Assembly: GCA_963707985.1 (NCBI GenBank)
Contig: CAVPRW010000045.1
Coordinates: 286,902-350,901 of the forward strand
Source of the DNA: an uncultured Nitrospinota bacterium
GTDB lineage: Bacteria; Tectomicrobia; Entotheonellia; J063; CAVPRW01
DNA length: 64,000 nucleotides
Direction: 5' to 3'
The notes below the pieces were generated by a model, which had not been told where the DNA came from, made no database searches, and saw nothing but the letters and a program-made list of their open reading frames with translations. Below, piece by piece: positions 38,572 to 49,087 of this stretch (positions are counted from its first letter, which is position 1; each line of letters starts with the position of its first letter). Both the position numbers and the translations under genes were made by a program.

Positions 38572-40665
38572 ATGGACGTAAGACGGTATCGCGCCGGTGT
38601 CGATATCGGCGGCACGTTTACTGATCTTTTACTGTTGGACGAACAGACCGGAGAGATGATCATCGGTAAGATTCTCACGACTCCCGGCGATCCCTCAGCG
38701 GCGGTCATCCATGGCCTAGAGGCGCTGCTGGCCGAACGTCAACTGGACCCGACGGCGGTGTCAGCGACCATCCACGGTACCACATTGATCACCAACGCCG
38801 TCATCGAGCGTAAAGGGGCGAAAACCGGCTTGATCACCACGCAGGGGTTTCGCGATGCCCTGGAAATCGGCCGTGAGAAGCGCTACGACATCTATGATAT
38901 CTTCCTCGAAAATCCGCCGCCCTTGGTACCGCGGGCACTGCGTCGCGAAGTCGAGGAGCGCCTCGACGAGACCGGGAGCGTGCTGATTCCTGTCAACCGT
39001 ATGGAAGTGTTCGACGTGGTCCAAAAGTTGCGGCGCGATGGCATAGAAGCACTGGCCGTGGTCCTGCTGCACTCGTTCCGCAATCCGATCCATGAGCGCG
39101 TCATCCGCGAGGTGGTAGAGTCCGAGTTTCCGGACCTGACGCTGTCTCTGTCATCGGATGTGATGCCGGAGATCCGAGAGTTCGAGCGCACCTCCACCAC
39201 CGTCGCGAATGTGTACGTCAAGCCCATCGCCCGCCGGTATCTGAACAAACTTCGCGCCGAGGTGCAGCAGCTTGGCTTCCAGGGTGATCTGTACATCATG
39301 CTCTCGAACGGTGGGATCACCACCTGCGAGACCGCCAGTGATTACCCCATTCGCCTGATCGAATCCGGCCCGGCCGCCGGCGCCCTGGCGGCCAGTTTCT
39401 ACAGTCAGCTCAAGGGCCTTGATCACGTGATCTCCTTCGATATGGGGGGCACCACCGCGAAGATTTGTGTGATCGATCAGGGACAACCCCTGGTGACCAC
39501 CGAGTTCGAGGTGGCGCGGATGTATCGCTTCAAAAAGGGCAGCGGCTTACCGGTGAAGGTGCCGGTCATTGAGATGATCGAGATCGGTGCTGGTGGAGGC
39601 AGTATTGCCCGTATCGATGACCTGGGCCTGCTGAAAGTAGGACCGGATAGTGCCAGTGCCGACCCTGGACCCGCCTGCTATGGCCTCGGGGGCAGCGAAC
39701 CAACGGTGACCGATGCGGATCTGATCCTCGGGTATCTCGACCCGAATTACTTTCTCGGGGGCAAGATGACGCTGGATCGTGCCAAGGCGGAAGAAGCCAT
39801 GCGCCGGCAGGTGGCCGAGCCGCTCGGGGTGGACCTGACGCGTGCCGCCTGGGGCATACATCATGTGGTCAATGAAAATATGGCCAATGCCGCCCGCATT
39901 CACCTGGTTGAACGCGGTCGCGACCATCGGCGCTACAGTTTAATCGCTTTCGGCGGCGCTGGACCCGTGCATGCCTATCGGGTCGCTGAGCGGCTCAAGA
40001 TCCAGCACATCATCTGCCCTCCGGCGGCGGGCGTCACCTCAGCGTTCGGGTTCCTGGTTGCGCCGATGGCCTTCGATTTCGTCCAGACCTACCTGAGCAC
40101 CCTGCACGGCATTGATTTTTCCCACCTCAATACGATCTTCGCCGAGATGGAGGCGCGCGGTCGGGCTCTGTTGCGACAGGCAGGCGTGCCGGAGGACGCT
40201 ATGACCGTGACACGCTCGGCTGACATGCGCTACCTGCATCAAGGATTTGAAATCAATGTGCCCGTCAGCAATGGACCCTTGAGCACTCATGACATCTCGC
40301 ACCTGCAGGCCAGTTTCGACCGGGAATATGAACGGATGTACAAGCGACTGAACCCCGATGTCGACGTGGAGGCGCTCAATTGGCGGGTCATCGTCGCTGG
40401 TCCTCGTCCCACCATCACGGTGCAACCCCCGAACGCTCAGCCAACTCCTATGGAGGCGACGCGCAAAGGCGAACGCTTAGCGTATTTTCCCGAGTCCGCG
40501 GGCTATATCACCTGTCCGGTCTACGATCGCTATCAGCTCGGACCAGGAACCGTGCTGCGTGGCCCAGCCATTATCGAGGAGCGGGAATCAACCGTCGTCG
40601 TCGGCCCGGGGGCTGGGGCCGAAGTCGATGTCCATCGAAACGTAGTCATAAGGCTACCGATTTAA
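38572..40665 (+). CDS. hyuA: Hydantoinase/oxoprolinase A subunit (ATP-binding)
   Basis: DIGGTFTD, ESGPAAG, DMGGTT, IGAGGGS, GPACYG, FGGAGP. Confidence 0.92.
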   Translation: MDVRRYRAGVDIGGTFTDLLLLDEQTGEMIIGKILTTPGDPSAAVIHGLEALLAERQLDPTAVSATIHGTTLITNAVIERKGAKTGLITTQGFRDALEIGREKRYDIYDIFLENPPPLVPRALRREVEERLDETGSVLIPVNRMEVFDVVQKLRRDGIEALAVVLLHSFRNPIHERVIREVVESEFPDLTLSLSSDVMPEIREFERTSTTVANVYVKPIARRYLNKLRAEVQQLGFQGDLYIMLSNGGITTCETASDYPIRLIESGPAAGALAASFYSQLKGLDHVISFDMGGTTAKICVIDQGQPLVTTEFEVARMYRFKKGSGLPVKVPVIEMIEIGAGGGSIARIDDLGLLKVGPDSASADPGPACYGLGGSEPTVTDADLILGYLDPNYFLGGKMTLDRAKAEEAMRRQVAEPLGVDLTRAAWGIHHVVNENMANAARIHLVERGRDHRRYSLIAFGGAGPVHAYRVAERLKIQHIICPPAAGVTSAFGFLVAPMAFDFVQTYLSTLHGIDFSHLNTIFAEMEARGRALLRQAGVPEDAMTVTRSADMRYLHQGFEINVPVSNGPLSTHDISHLQASFDREYERMYKRLNPDVDVEALNWRVIVAGPRPTITVQPPNAQPTPMEATRKGERLAYFPESAGYITCPVYDRYQLGPGTVLRGPAIIEERESTVVVGPGAGAEVDVHRNVVIRLPI

Positions 40666-40755
40666 ACATGCAGTCACCGATATACCCAATCGAACCTCGG
40701 TATCTGTGTATATCGGCGTTCAGCTGTGGTTCCGGTTCGTTTGTGGAGAGACGCC

Positions 40756-41670
40756 ATGAGATTCGGCCTCTCATTGCCGCACTTTCGACAGGTGGCATCC
40801 CCGGAGGTGATTCGGCAGGTTGCCCAACGCGCTGAGCACTTGGGGTACGATGGCATCTGGGTCAGCGATCACATCGTCATTCCGGATTCCGCGGTCGACC
40901 GCTTCGGAAGCATGTTTTATGAACCGTTGACGGTGCTGGGGTTTGCAGCTGCCTGCACCTCCAGGGTGCGCCTCGGCACCACGGTGCTCATCCTGCCGTA
41001 TCGCAATCCTGTGGTCACGGCGAAAGTGCTGGCCACGCTCGATGTCTTGTCGGGTGGGCGGGTGACGGCGGGGATGGCGGTGGGCTGGACAGAGGACGAG
41101 TTCAAAGCGTTGGGTGTGCCATTTCAGGAGCGGGGGGCGATCAGCGATGAGTACATCGCTGCCTTCAAAACGCTGTGGACGCAGGACAAGCCGACTTTTC
41201 GGGGACATTACGTGCGCTTTGAACACATTGCCTTCGAGCCGAAGCCGGTGCAGCAGCCGCACATCCCAATCTGGATTGGTGGCAACAGCAAGCGCGCCAT
41301 TCGCCGTGCGGTTGCCCTGGGCGATTGTTGGCATCCGACGCGTCCGCTGGTGGGGGATGTTAGGGTCGGCTTGGCCTATTTGCGCGAGGTTTGCGCCCAG
41401 CGTGGACGAGACCCCCAGACACTGATAATCGCAGTACGTCAACCGCTCAAATTCTATGACGGTGCCGAGGCTTCGGTGCGACGGCGGCCTCTCCTCGGCA
41501 CCACGCAACAGATCATCGACGACATCGGCCACTATCGCGATGCCGGCGTCCAATACATGATGCTGGATACCTTCTATAGTGTCCCCGAGCTTGAGCACGA
41601 AACCGTCGAAGGGATGTTTGCGACCATCGACCGCTTTGCCGCCGATGTCATGCCCGAAGTCCAGGCCTGA
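40756..41670 (+). CDS. LLM-class (probably F420-dependent) oxidoreductase
   Basis: GYDGIWVSDHIV, RLGTTVLILPYRNP, ATLDVLSGGR, PIWIGGNS. Confidence 0.88.
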   Translation: MRFGLSLPHFRQVASPEVIRQVAQRAEHLGYDGIWVSDHIVIPDSAVDRFGSMFYEPLTVLGFAAACTSRVRLGTTVLILPYRNPVVTAKVLATLDVLSGGRVTAGMAVGWTEDEFKALGVPFQERGAISDEYIAAFKTLWTQDKPTFRGHYVRFEHIAFEPKPVQQPHIPIWIGGNSKRAIRRAVALGDCWHPTRPLVGDVRVGLAYLREVCAQRGRDPQTLIIAVRQPLKFYDGAEASVRRRPLLGTTQQIIDDIGHYRDAGVQYMMLDTFYSVPELEHETVEGMFATIDRFAADVMPEVQA

Positions 41671-41742
41671 GTGTTAAGTGCTGAGAGATGCGTTGCCATG
41701 ACTCGATCCTCAGGCACTCACCACTTTTATCGGAGGTTCTCT

Positions 41743-43440
41743 ATGTCCGGCATTGATCCTATCCTTCTCGAAGTCTTTTGGAATCGCCTGATTTCCATCG
41801 TCAACGAGCAGGCCACCGCGTTGATGAATGCCTCGTTCACGACCGTGGTGCGGGAGGCCGGTGATCTCTCTGCCGGAATATTCGATCCTGAGGGCAATAT
41901 GCTGGCACAAGCGGTGACGGGCACACCAGGTCATATCAATACCATGGCGCTGGCCGTGCGGCATTTCCTGAAGGAATACCCGATCCACACGTTGCAAGAG
42001 GGGGATAGTCTGATCAGCAACGATCCCTGGCTGACCTCCGGCCATCTCAACGACTTCACCGTCGTCACGCCGATCTTCCGTCGCGATGAGTTGGTCGCGC
42101 TGTTTGCCAATACCTGCCATGCCATGGACGTCGGCGGTCGCACGCTGGGGGCTGACGCCCGAGAAGTGTTTGAAGAAGGGCTGTATGTACCGATGTTGAA
42201 GCTGTTCGAACGTGGCCAGCCGAACCGCGATCTCTTCAAGCTCATCAAGCAAAACGTGCGTACGCCTGAGCTGGTCGAGGGCGACCTGATGGCCCAGGTA
42301 GGCGGCAACGAAGTCGGTGGGGCGAAGCTCATCGAGTTTATGGACGAGTATCACATGACCAGCCTGGCTGACCTTTCGAAGGCCATCATCACGACCTCTG
42401 AAGATGCCATGCGTAGGGCCATCGCCGAGATTCCAGACGGCACGTACCGGCACGAGATTTTCATCGACGGTTTCGATGAACCGATCAAAGTCGCGATCGC
42501 CATCACCATTAGCGACGCCGAGCTCAGCGTCGATTTCACCGGTACCTCCCCGCAGATCGATCGCGGTATCAATGTGCCCTTCGCGTACTGCGTGGCCTAT
42601 ACCACCTACCCTCTGAAATGTGCCATCTCGCCTCATCTCCCCAATAACGAGGGGAGTTTTCGCCCAGTGAAGATTTATGCCCCGGAGGGCTGCATCCTCA
42701 ACTGCAAGTTTCCCGCCCCTGTGGGTGGACGCCACATCATCGGCCACTTCCTGTCCACCGCCGTGTTTGGGGCCTTGGCCAAGGTGATGCCGGATCGCGT
42801 CATGGCTGATGGCAGTGCCAACATTTGGATCACGCAAATCATCGGCGAGCACGACCTGGGTCGGCAGTTTGCCTATGTGTTTTTCTCGTCTGGCGGGACC
42901 GGAGCACGTGCCAATAAGGACGGCATCTCGGCAACGGCGTTCCCGAGTGGCATCCGTGGCGTGCCAGCTGAGATCATCGAGAACGTCTCGCCGCTGTTCA
43001 TGCGGAAACGTGAGTTGATTCAGGACTCTGGTGGGGCAGGGAAGTACCGTGGTGGGCTCGGGCAGGAAATGATTCTACGCGTGCGCACACGCAAGCCAGC
43101 CGTGCATTCGCCGATGTATGACAGGCTGAAATTTCCGGCCAGGGGTTATGCGGGGGGGAAGGATGGGCGCTGCGGCGATTTTCTGCTGTCGGATGGCACA
43201 CATCCCCACCCGAAAACCAAGTATGTCGTGCCGACCGATCAGGAAATCATCCTGCGCCTGCCCGGTGGCGGCGGCTTCTATCCGCCCTTGGAGCGTGACC
43301 CCGAGCTGGTCCGCCAGGATGTGCTCAACGGCTATGTCTCAGTGCAGGCAGCACGCAGTGACTATGGCGTCTGGATCGAGGACGGGACCTACGCCATCGA
43401 CTGGGCGAAGACCGCGGAGCTGCGGTCCTCACACTCGTAA
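41743..43440 (+). CDS. hyuB: Hydantoinase B/oxoprolinase family subunit
   Basis: NDPWLTSGHLND, HAMDVGG, EEGL, DSGGAGKYRGG, PGGGG. ATG 41743 with RBS GGAGG. Confidence 0.92.
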   Translation: MSGIDPILLEVFWNRLISIVNEQATALMNASFTTVVREAGDLSAGIFDPEGNMLAQAVTGTPGHINTMALAVRHFLKEYPIHTLQEGDSLISNDPWLTSGHLNDFTVVTPIFRRDELVALFANTCHAMDVGGRTLGADAREVFEEGLYVPMLKLFERGQPNRDLFKLIKQNVRTPELVEGDLMAQVGGNEVGGAKLIEFMDEYHMTSLADLSKAIITTSEDAMRRAIAEIPDGTYRHEIFIDGFDEPIKVAIAITISDAELSVDFTGTSPQIDRGINVPFAYCVAYTTYPLKCAISPHLPNNEGSFRPVKIYAPEGCILNCKFPAPVGGRHIIGHFLSTAVFGALAKVMPDRVMADGSANIWITQIIGEHDLGRQFAYVFFSSGGTGARANKDGISATAFPSGIRGVPAEIIENVSPLFMRKRELIQDSGGAGKYRGGLGQEMILRVRTRKPAVHSPMYDRLKFPARGYAGGKDGRCGDFLLSDGTHPHPKTKYVVPTDQEIILRLPGGGGFYPPLERDPELVRQDVLNGYVSVQAARSDYGVWIEDGTYAIDWAKTAELRSSHS

Positions 43441-43509
43441 TCTTCTCGGTGTATGCCTTAATGGTGAGCGTAACACAAAGAGTGTACGGAGATCCCTGCA
43501 GGTAAGCGT

Positions 43510-44430
43510 CTATGACCCAGCGGGATCCCTCGACAACGGCACACTGCCCTTTACAGCCCCTGCCAATAGCGCCGTCCTTCTAACCGTCACCAACCGCCCA
43601 AATCCCGGTGCCGGAAAGTGGCAGGCCACCAGGGTAGAGTTCTCGGCCTCGACGCGGTCGAAGACTTGGCGTCGCATCTGCGCCGCCAAGGCCTGGTCCA
43701 TCTCGAAAATCACCGCCCAGTCGGTTTCGGTCACCTGCGCCGGATGGATGGCAACATCACCCAGGATCAGGGCACGTTGACCACCTGACACGATGGCCAG
43801 GCTCATGTGGCCCGGGGTATGGCCGGGCGTTGGGATGGCAGTGATTTCACCGGTCAGTGTTTGCTCACCCGAGACCAGGTCTAGTGCACCCAGATTCTCC
43901 AGCGGGCTAAGGGTCTCTTCCCAATATTGGAAGGGGAATGAAGCGCGGACGTCCGGCCGCTTAAAGGTCTCCCAATCGGCCTGGTGCACGACATATCTGG
44001 CTCGAGGGAACGTCGGTCTGGGGTTGGCACCTCCTTGTACCAGATTCCATCCGACGTGGTCTGGGTGCAAATGGGTGAAGAACACGGTATCCACATCTTC
44101 CGGCCGAACTCCCACGGCCTGCAATTCCACCATAAGACGGCCATCCACGCCGCCGGCAAGCATGTTGACCATCCCAGGATTGGTCGCCTTACTGCCGATG
44201 CCCGTATCTACCAGGATTGTGCGCCCCTGCGAACGCAGAAGGTAACAGCCGTAATGATTGCGCCAGGTGTCGGGACCGCCAAAAAGGTCTGGGTAGCGTT
44301 GGCGAAAGGGGGCCCAGGCCTCGGCCGGGACACTGGGAAAGAGTTGACTCAACGGGAAGGGGAAATCTCCCTCACCATCGGTCAGGGCTAGAACGTCCAC
44401 ATTGCCTACGGTCAGCTTTCCTTCGGCCAT
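43510..44430 (-). CDS. MBL-fold metallo-hydrolase (probable +1 frameshift in the last codons)
   Basis: THLHPDHVG, TPGHTPGH, GDVAIHP, HFPAPG. ATG 44430 with RBS GGAGG. Removing one base near 43587 gives the ending RLEGRRYWQGL* at 43551. Confidence 0.88.
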   Translation of the reverse strand: MAEGKLTVGNVDVLALTDGEGDFPFPLSQLFPSVPAEAWAPFRQRYPDLFGGPDTWRNHYGCYLLRSQGRTILVDTGIGSKATNPGMVNMLAGGVDGRLMVELQAVGVRPEDVDTVFFTHLHPDHVGWNLVQGGANPRPTFPRARYVVHQADWETFKRPDVRASFPFQYWEETLSPLENLGALDLVSGEQTLTGEITAIPTPGHTPGHMSLAIVSGGQRALILGDVAIHPAQVTETDWAVIFEMDQALAAQMRRQVFDRVEAENSTLVACHFPAPGFGRLVTVRRTALLAGAVKGSVPLSRDPAGS

Positions 44431-44513
44431 GGAACACCTCCTGCTTTGCATTGAACGCCGGTTCTCTCGTAACTGCTCACGCTCCCTATCCTGTGTTTCG
44501 GAGGCTCTATCCG

Positions 44514-45861
44514 CTATCCCAGGATCAGACTGCAGATCAGCAGCACGCCGAAGGCCAGATAGGCATGCGCCATCTGCCGATCGAGGCCAGCAAGCACCTG
44601 CGACTGGTCCGCTGTCGCACGCCACAACGATAGGCAGGTCCGTGCAACCAAAGGAACGCTCAGAAATGTTAACCATGCCCACCCAGGCAGTGCCCTCCCG
44701 AGGATCAGCAGCGCGACCAGAACATACGGCAGACCGACCAGGGCATAGAAGAGTATTCGTGCTCTCTCCCATCCCAACGCCACCGCAAGGGTGCGGACCT
44801 TGGCGTTGACGTCCGCAGAAAACGCCTGCAAACGGCTGGCATGGAGGATAGACTCGGCCAGGCAAGCAAGCGCGAGGGATACCAGCACGGGTATCAGATG
44901 AAGGCTGCCCGTCAGTGCAATAAAGGCACCCAGGACGAGCAACGGTCCGAGGCCGACGAACACAGCCGCATCTTCGAGCCAACGAGACGACAGATGCAGG
45001 GGCCAACCCGCATAGACTAATCCTCCCACCACACCAATGAAGCCTATGGTCAGCAATGGCGTACCTCGAAACCCCACCAGGAAAAGGCCAAGGAGAGACC
45101 CAAGCGCCAAGCAGAGGAGCCCTGCTGCCCAGACCTGATGTGTCGACAACAACCCGTCATGGAGCAGACCGATTGGCACCCAGCGCCGCACTGCGGTCGA
45201 TGTGGCGACGAAACCCTGTGTAAGTGGCCAGGAGGACCGTTCCCACGTGGGTGAGAATCGCCACGACACACACCGGCACCAGGAGCCACCACGCGACGTC
45301 GAGGGCTACATGCTTCGCCAGCAGGGCGGCGATGACCACGGGAATAAGCACAAGCGGCCATGAAACGATCCCGAGCGCCTGCATCCACCGCCGTCTTCTA
45401 TCCGGCAAAGCTCTAGCTGCCTCCGGGATGTATACCGGTCGCGGTCCCAGGCCTAAATTGGTGTCATCGGTTACAGCGATGTGATCAGGCAGAATCTTTA
45501 TGACACCCAGATTGCGGATAGTGGTCAGGAACGCTGTCGCATCTGGGGTTTTCGTCAGGGTCTGCTCACGGAGCTGTGGGTGAAGGTCGAGGCCCCCCAG
45601 ATAAAAAGCCCGTCCTACACCTTGTAACATCTGCGTGGGAAATCCTTGGTTGACGGTAAACGCCACGTGCGCATCAGCTCGCACGGCTTCGACGATCGCC
45701 GGATTCGGCTTCACAATGCAATGCAACTCATCGCTATTACCTACCACGTAACAGGTCTCGATGGCAAACGTACGCCCACGCCCCATCGCCACAGTGATCG
45801 TTGGCGTGTTTTGCAGCATCTCCGAGGCTTTATCGCGAAACCTTGCCTGTAGCGCATCCAT
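44514..45861 (-). pseudogene. Fusion of an N-terminal split-barrel (PNPOx-like) domain and a MenA/UbiA-like membrane domain, frameshifted near 45168
   Basis: ORFs 45157-45879 and 44514-45269 join as LGANR/LLHDGLLS when one base is removed. The C-terminal part has MenA-like TM layout (VFVGLGPLLVLG, RTLAVALG). Confidence 0.7.
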
Positions 45862-46167
45862 AACGTGTGACCTCAGCATCCGCCTGATAGGAGGTGGCGT
45901 CGGGAGAAATTCCTGTGTGCGGAAGCCATGCCAGTCCCTTCAGCTGAGGTTTGGCAACGGCCAAACGCCTGCCAACCCCCGCGAAGCGCTGTGAGTATAA
46001 CGAATGGGGTGGGATGATTGCAATGGAAGGCGATATTTCTCTTGCAGCACCGCGTCGGTTTCGTATACCATCCTCACGGTCGCGGACATGTTATGAGACC
46101 ATTTTGCATGTCCTGGCGAGGTCCGACGCCGATCTCACCTTGTTTTGATCATTACCGCCAGTCCTGG

Positions 46168-46194
46168 GAACTTCTCGTGCGATGGCGTGTCTCA
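46168..46194 (+). promoter_or_regulatory. ECF (RpoE/AlgU-type) promoter candidate
   Basis: GAACTT-16 nt-TCTCA upstream of the ECF sigma gene. Confidence 0.55.
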
Positions 46195-46365
46195 AACGAC
46201 AGGATTGCAGGTTAGTGGCACGGCACACGCGGACCACGACGCCGGGCATACTGTCGCTGGTGTTGTGGCGTCTTGAACTCCCTCTTCGTATACAGCAGAG
46301 GAAGGAATTCCCACGACATCGTGAGCCAGAGTGGAACTGGGTGTCCGGTAGTGATCGAAGGGAGT

Positions 46366-46971
46366 ATGGTGAGCGCCACGACACCTGCGGGGCGGCCCCC
46401 CGCGGTCGAGCTCGACGCCGATCAGGAGATCGTTGCACAGTGTCGCAACGGTGATTGGGAAGCGTTTGCCAAACTGGTGCAGAAATACCAAAGCCGAGTG
46501 TTAACTCTCGCTGCACGTATCCTGAACAATCGGAGTGAGGCTGAGGATGTTGCGCAGGATATTTTTGTCAAAGTCTTCCAATCTTTGCCCGACTTCCGCG
46601 GCGCATCCCGATTCTCGACGTGGCTTTACCGAATTACGGTGAATCATTGCCTGAACCACCTCCGACGCCGGACTCGTCAGCAACAAACACTGGTGGTGAC
46701 AGAGCCAGAGGAGTGGATGCAGGAATCTCCCACGGCGAATCCACACAAGACGTTGGAACAAAAAGAGCGCTGGGCACTCGTGCAGGCGAAACTCCAGTTG
46801 CTCTCCCCTGAACATCGCACGATCGTCCTCCTGCGGGATTTCGAGGGCTTGTCATACGACGAGATCGCCGATGTTCTGCAGCTCGAAAGCGGGACCGTCA
46901 AGTCTCGCCTCCATCGGGCTCGGATGGAGTTGAAAGCCCTCCTTGAACCGTATTTGGCAGGCGAAGGCTAA
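46366..46971 (+). CDS. ECF RNA polymerase sigma factor (RpoE-like)
   Basis: AEDVAQDIF, FSTWLYRITVN, LSYDEIA...GTVKSRLHRAR. Confidence 0.93.
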   Translation: MVSATTPAGRPPAVELDADQEIVAQCRNGDWEAFAKLVQKYQSRVLTLAARILNNRSEAEDVAQDIFVKVFQSLPDFRGASRFSTWLYRITVNHCLNHLRRRTRQQQTLVVTEPEEWMQESPTANPHKTLEQKERWALVQAKLQLLSPEHRTIVLLRDFEGLSYDEIADVLQLESGTVKSRLHRARMELKALLEPYLAGEG

Positions 46972-46975
46972 CGCT

Positions 46976-47935
46976 ATGGATTGCCGAACTGTACACGACC
47001 ATCTTTCGAGCTATTTCGACCATGATGTACCGCACCGGATGCGTGTGGTGCTTGATCAACACTTGGAGTCATGCCCCAGGTGTTGCCATGAGCTCGCCCA
47101 GTTACACACCCTCACCGCCTGGGTACGGGACTTTCCTCTCATCGAGCCTCCGCCGATGTTTCTCCAAGAGGTACGTGAGCAGGTCGAGCGCTTCCCTCAT
47201 CGCTCCAAGCTGCCTTTTTTCCGGCGTCTGGCTGGGGCAATACCTCTACAGGTCGCTGCCGCCATGGTCGTCGTCGTGAGCACTGCGCTGGTCTGGCAGA
47301 TGAGGCCACATGTACAGCAAGGGCAAGTACAGGAGGTTCGTCCTCCGGCCCAGAGCGAGCCATGGTTGTCCCATGAGCGCAGTGTGGCACCTGTTCTCGA
47401 CGCTCCGCTCATCGAACCAGCCTTCGAGGAGTCTTTGCCGACCCCGGCACTCTTGGTACAAGCTGCACCTAGATGGCCGGGATTGATGGTGCAAGAGGAG
47501 GTTGTGCGCGTCGGGCGTGAGTTCCCAGGGATGCCACACCTCGTCGGTATGCCTGCTGGGGGGGGGACGGGTGAGGTCGCATTCCTCCCGAGCCTGACGT
47601 TGCGAGCAGCCGACCCCGCTCATGCTGCTCAACAGATCTGGGAACTTATCCCTCGGACAGGGGGAGAATTGCTGCAGTCACAGGGGATGGTGACCCCTGC
47701 AGATCGGACCTCACGGGGGATGGTGAGGCTTACCTTTTCCATCACGGCTGACCGCTATCCCGCGTTTCTGGAGGCTATCCGCCAGCTCTCAGGTACTACA
47801 GTCACCGAAGAACGCATGGCCATTATCGGCCGTGAGCTACCCCAGGCATCATCCGGTTTTCTGTGGCGCGTCGGGCACTTACAGGCGGCCAAGACCCCGC
47901 AGCTGATCCTGGTGATGACCATTCTGCCTCGGTAA
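46976..47935 (+). CDS. Zinc-binding (zf-HC2) anti-sigma factor with TM helix
   Basis: MDC...HLESCPRC, a TM segment, directly downstream of the ECF sigma gene. Confidence 0.85.
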   Translation: MDCRTVHDHLSSYFDHDVPHRMRVVLDQHLESCPRCCHELAQLHTLTAWVRDFPLIEPPPMFLQEVREQVERFPHRSKLPFFRRLAGAIPLQVAAAMVVVVSTALVWQMRPHVQQGQVQEVRPPAQSEPWLSHERSVAPVLDAPLIEPAFEESLPTPALLVQAAPRWPGLMVQEEVVRVGREFPGMPHLVGMPAGGGTGEVAFLPSLTLRAADPAHAAQQIWELIPRTGGELLQSQGMVTPADRTSRGMVRLTFSITADRYPAFLEAIRQLSGTTVTEERMAIIGRELPQASSGFLWRVGHLQAAKTPQLILVMTILPR

Positions 47936-47979
47936 GGAAGAGGGTCACCCTAAAGCCGACGTCCGACTCGATGCCACGA

Positions 47980-48945
47980 TCAGCCGTTGTAGGGTGCCAT
48001 ATCCTGGAGCATGTCGATAAATATCTTGGCCACCTGTCGATCCCAGGAGCCGGCCTCGGCTTCCTGCCACAGGATGTCGACGGCTTCCTCATGACTGAGG
48101 GCAAATTTATAGGGGCGCTCGGTGCGGAGCGCATCATAGACGTCGACGACGGCCATAATTCTGGCCCCGAGCGGAATCTCCTCTCCAGCTAGGCCGTCTG
48201 GATAGCCGGAGCCATCGAACCGTTCATGATGATGGCGGATGATCGGACGCACGCCATCAAGGGTGTGCAGCTCCTGGACGAGATCGGCTCCGATGCTTGG
48301 GTGGGTCTGAATGACTGCACGCTCTTCGATACTCAGCGGACCGTTTTTCAGGAGGATACGGTCGGGCACTGCGATCTTCCCCAAATCATGTAGAAACCCC
48401 CCTAACCACAAGTCCTTAAGCATTTGCTGGTCAATACCCAACGCATTGCCGAGGTCTACTGCATAACGTGCCAAACGCTCGCAGTGGCCAGCTGTATACG
48501 GATCTCGCGCCTCGATCGTCAAGCCTAACGTAGTGATGACGCTTTCAGCCCGTTCCAACTGATCGAGGAGAAATTTCATGCGTAGAAGAGCTGCCACGCG
48601 GGTACGGATCTCGACGAGATCGAACGGCTTGGCGAAAAAATCGTCGGCGCCTGCTGCGAGGCCGGTGACGCGGGACCTGAGGTCAGAGTGTCCGGTCAAG
48701 ATGATGACGGGTGTCAGCTGAAAGCGCTGGTCGTGCTTGAGGAGAGTGCATAGGTCAATGCCGCTCATACCCCCCATGTAAACATCGGTCAGGACTAGAT
48801 CGGGTGTGGTTTCCTCTAGTCGCTGCAGAGCCTCCTCAGCCGAAGCCGCACTGAGAATGTCGTAGCCGAGATTGGTCAGGTGCTCGGTCAATACTTCCCG
48901 GACCTGCGCATCGTCCTCCACCACCATAATCGTTGCTTGCTCCAT
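47980..48945 (-). CDS. REC + HD-GYP cyclic di-GMP phosphodiesterase (RpfG-like)
   Basis: Receiver domain, then EARDPYTAGH, HDLGK, HHERFDGSGYP, VVDVYDAL. Confidence 0.92.
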   Translation of the reverse strand: MEQATIMVVEDDAQVREVLTEHLTNLGYDILSAASAEEALQRLEETTPDLVLTDVYMGGMSGIDLCTLLKHDQRFQLTPVIILTGHSDLRSRVTGLAAGADDFFAKPFDLVEIRTRVAALLRMKFLLDQLERAESVITTLGLTIEARDPYTAGHCERLARYAVDLGNALGIDQQMLKDLWLGGFLHDLGKIAVPDRILLKNGPLSIEERAVIQTHPSIGADLVQELHTLDGVRPIIRHHHERFDGSGYPDGLAGEEIPLGARIMAVVDVYDALRTERPYKFALSHEEAVDILWQEAEAGSWDRQVAKIFIDMLQDMAPYNG

Positions 48946-49087
48946 CGCAAACCTCCCCCTCTGACATCAGATGTCATGGCCCGCCGAAGGCAAACCTTAT
49001 CTGACCCATGAGCCCTCCTTTCTGGCAGAACACGCGCACACCAAATCGGCTGCATGGCAATCCAGCCTCATGAACAGGGTCACAATG

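Noticed and set aside
44431..45006. Long N-terminal extension of the 498 aa MBL ORF
   Set aside because: It is an alternative frame of the MenA-like gene. The MBL start is ATG 44430 with RBS GGAGG.
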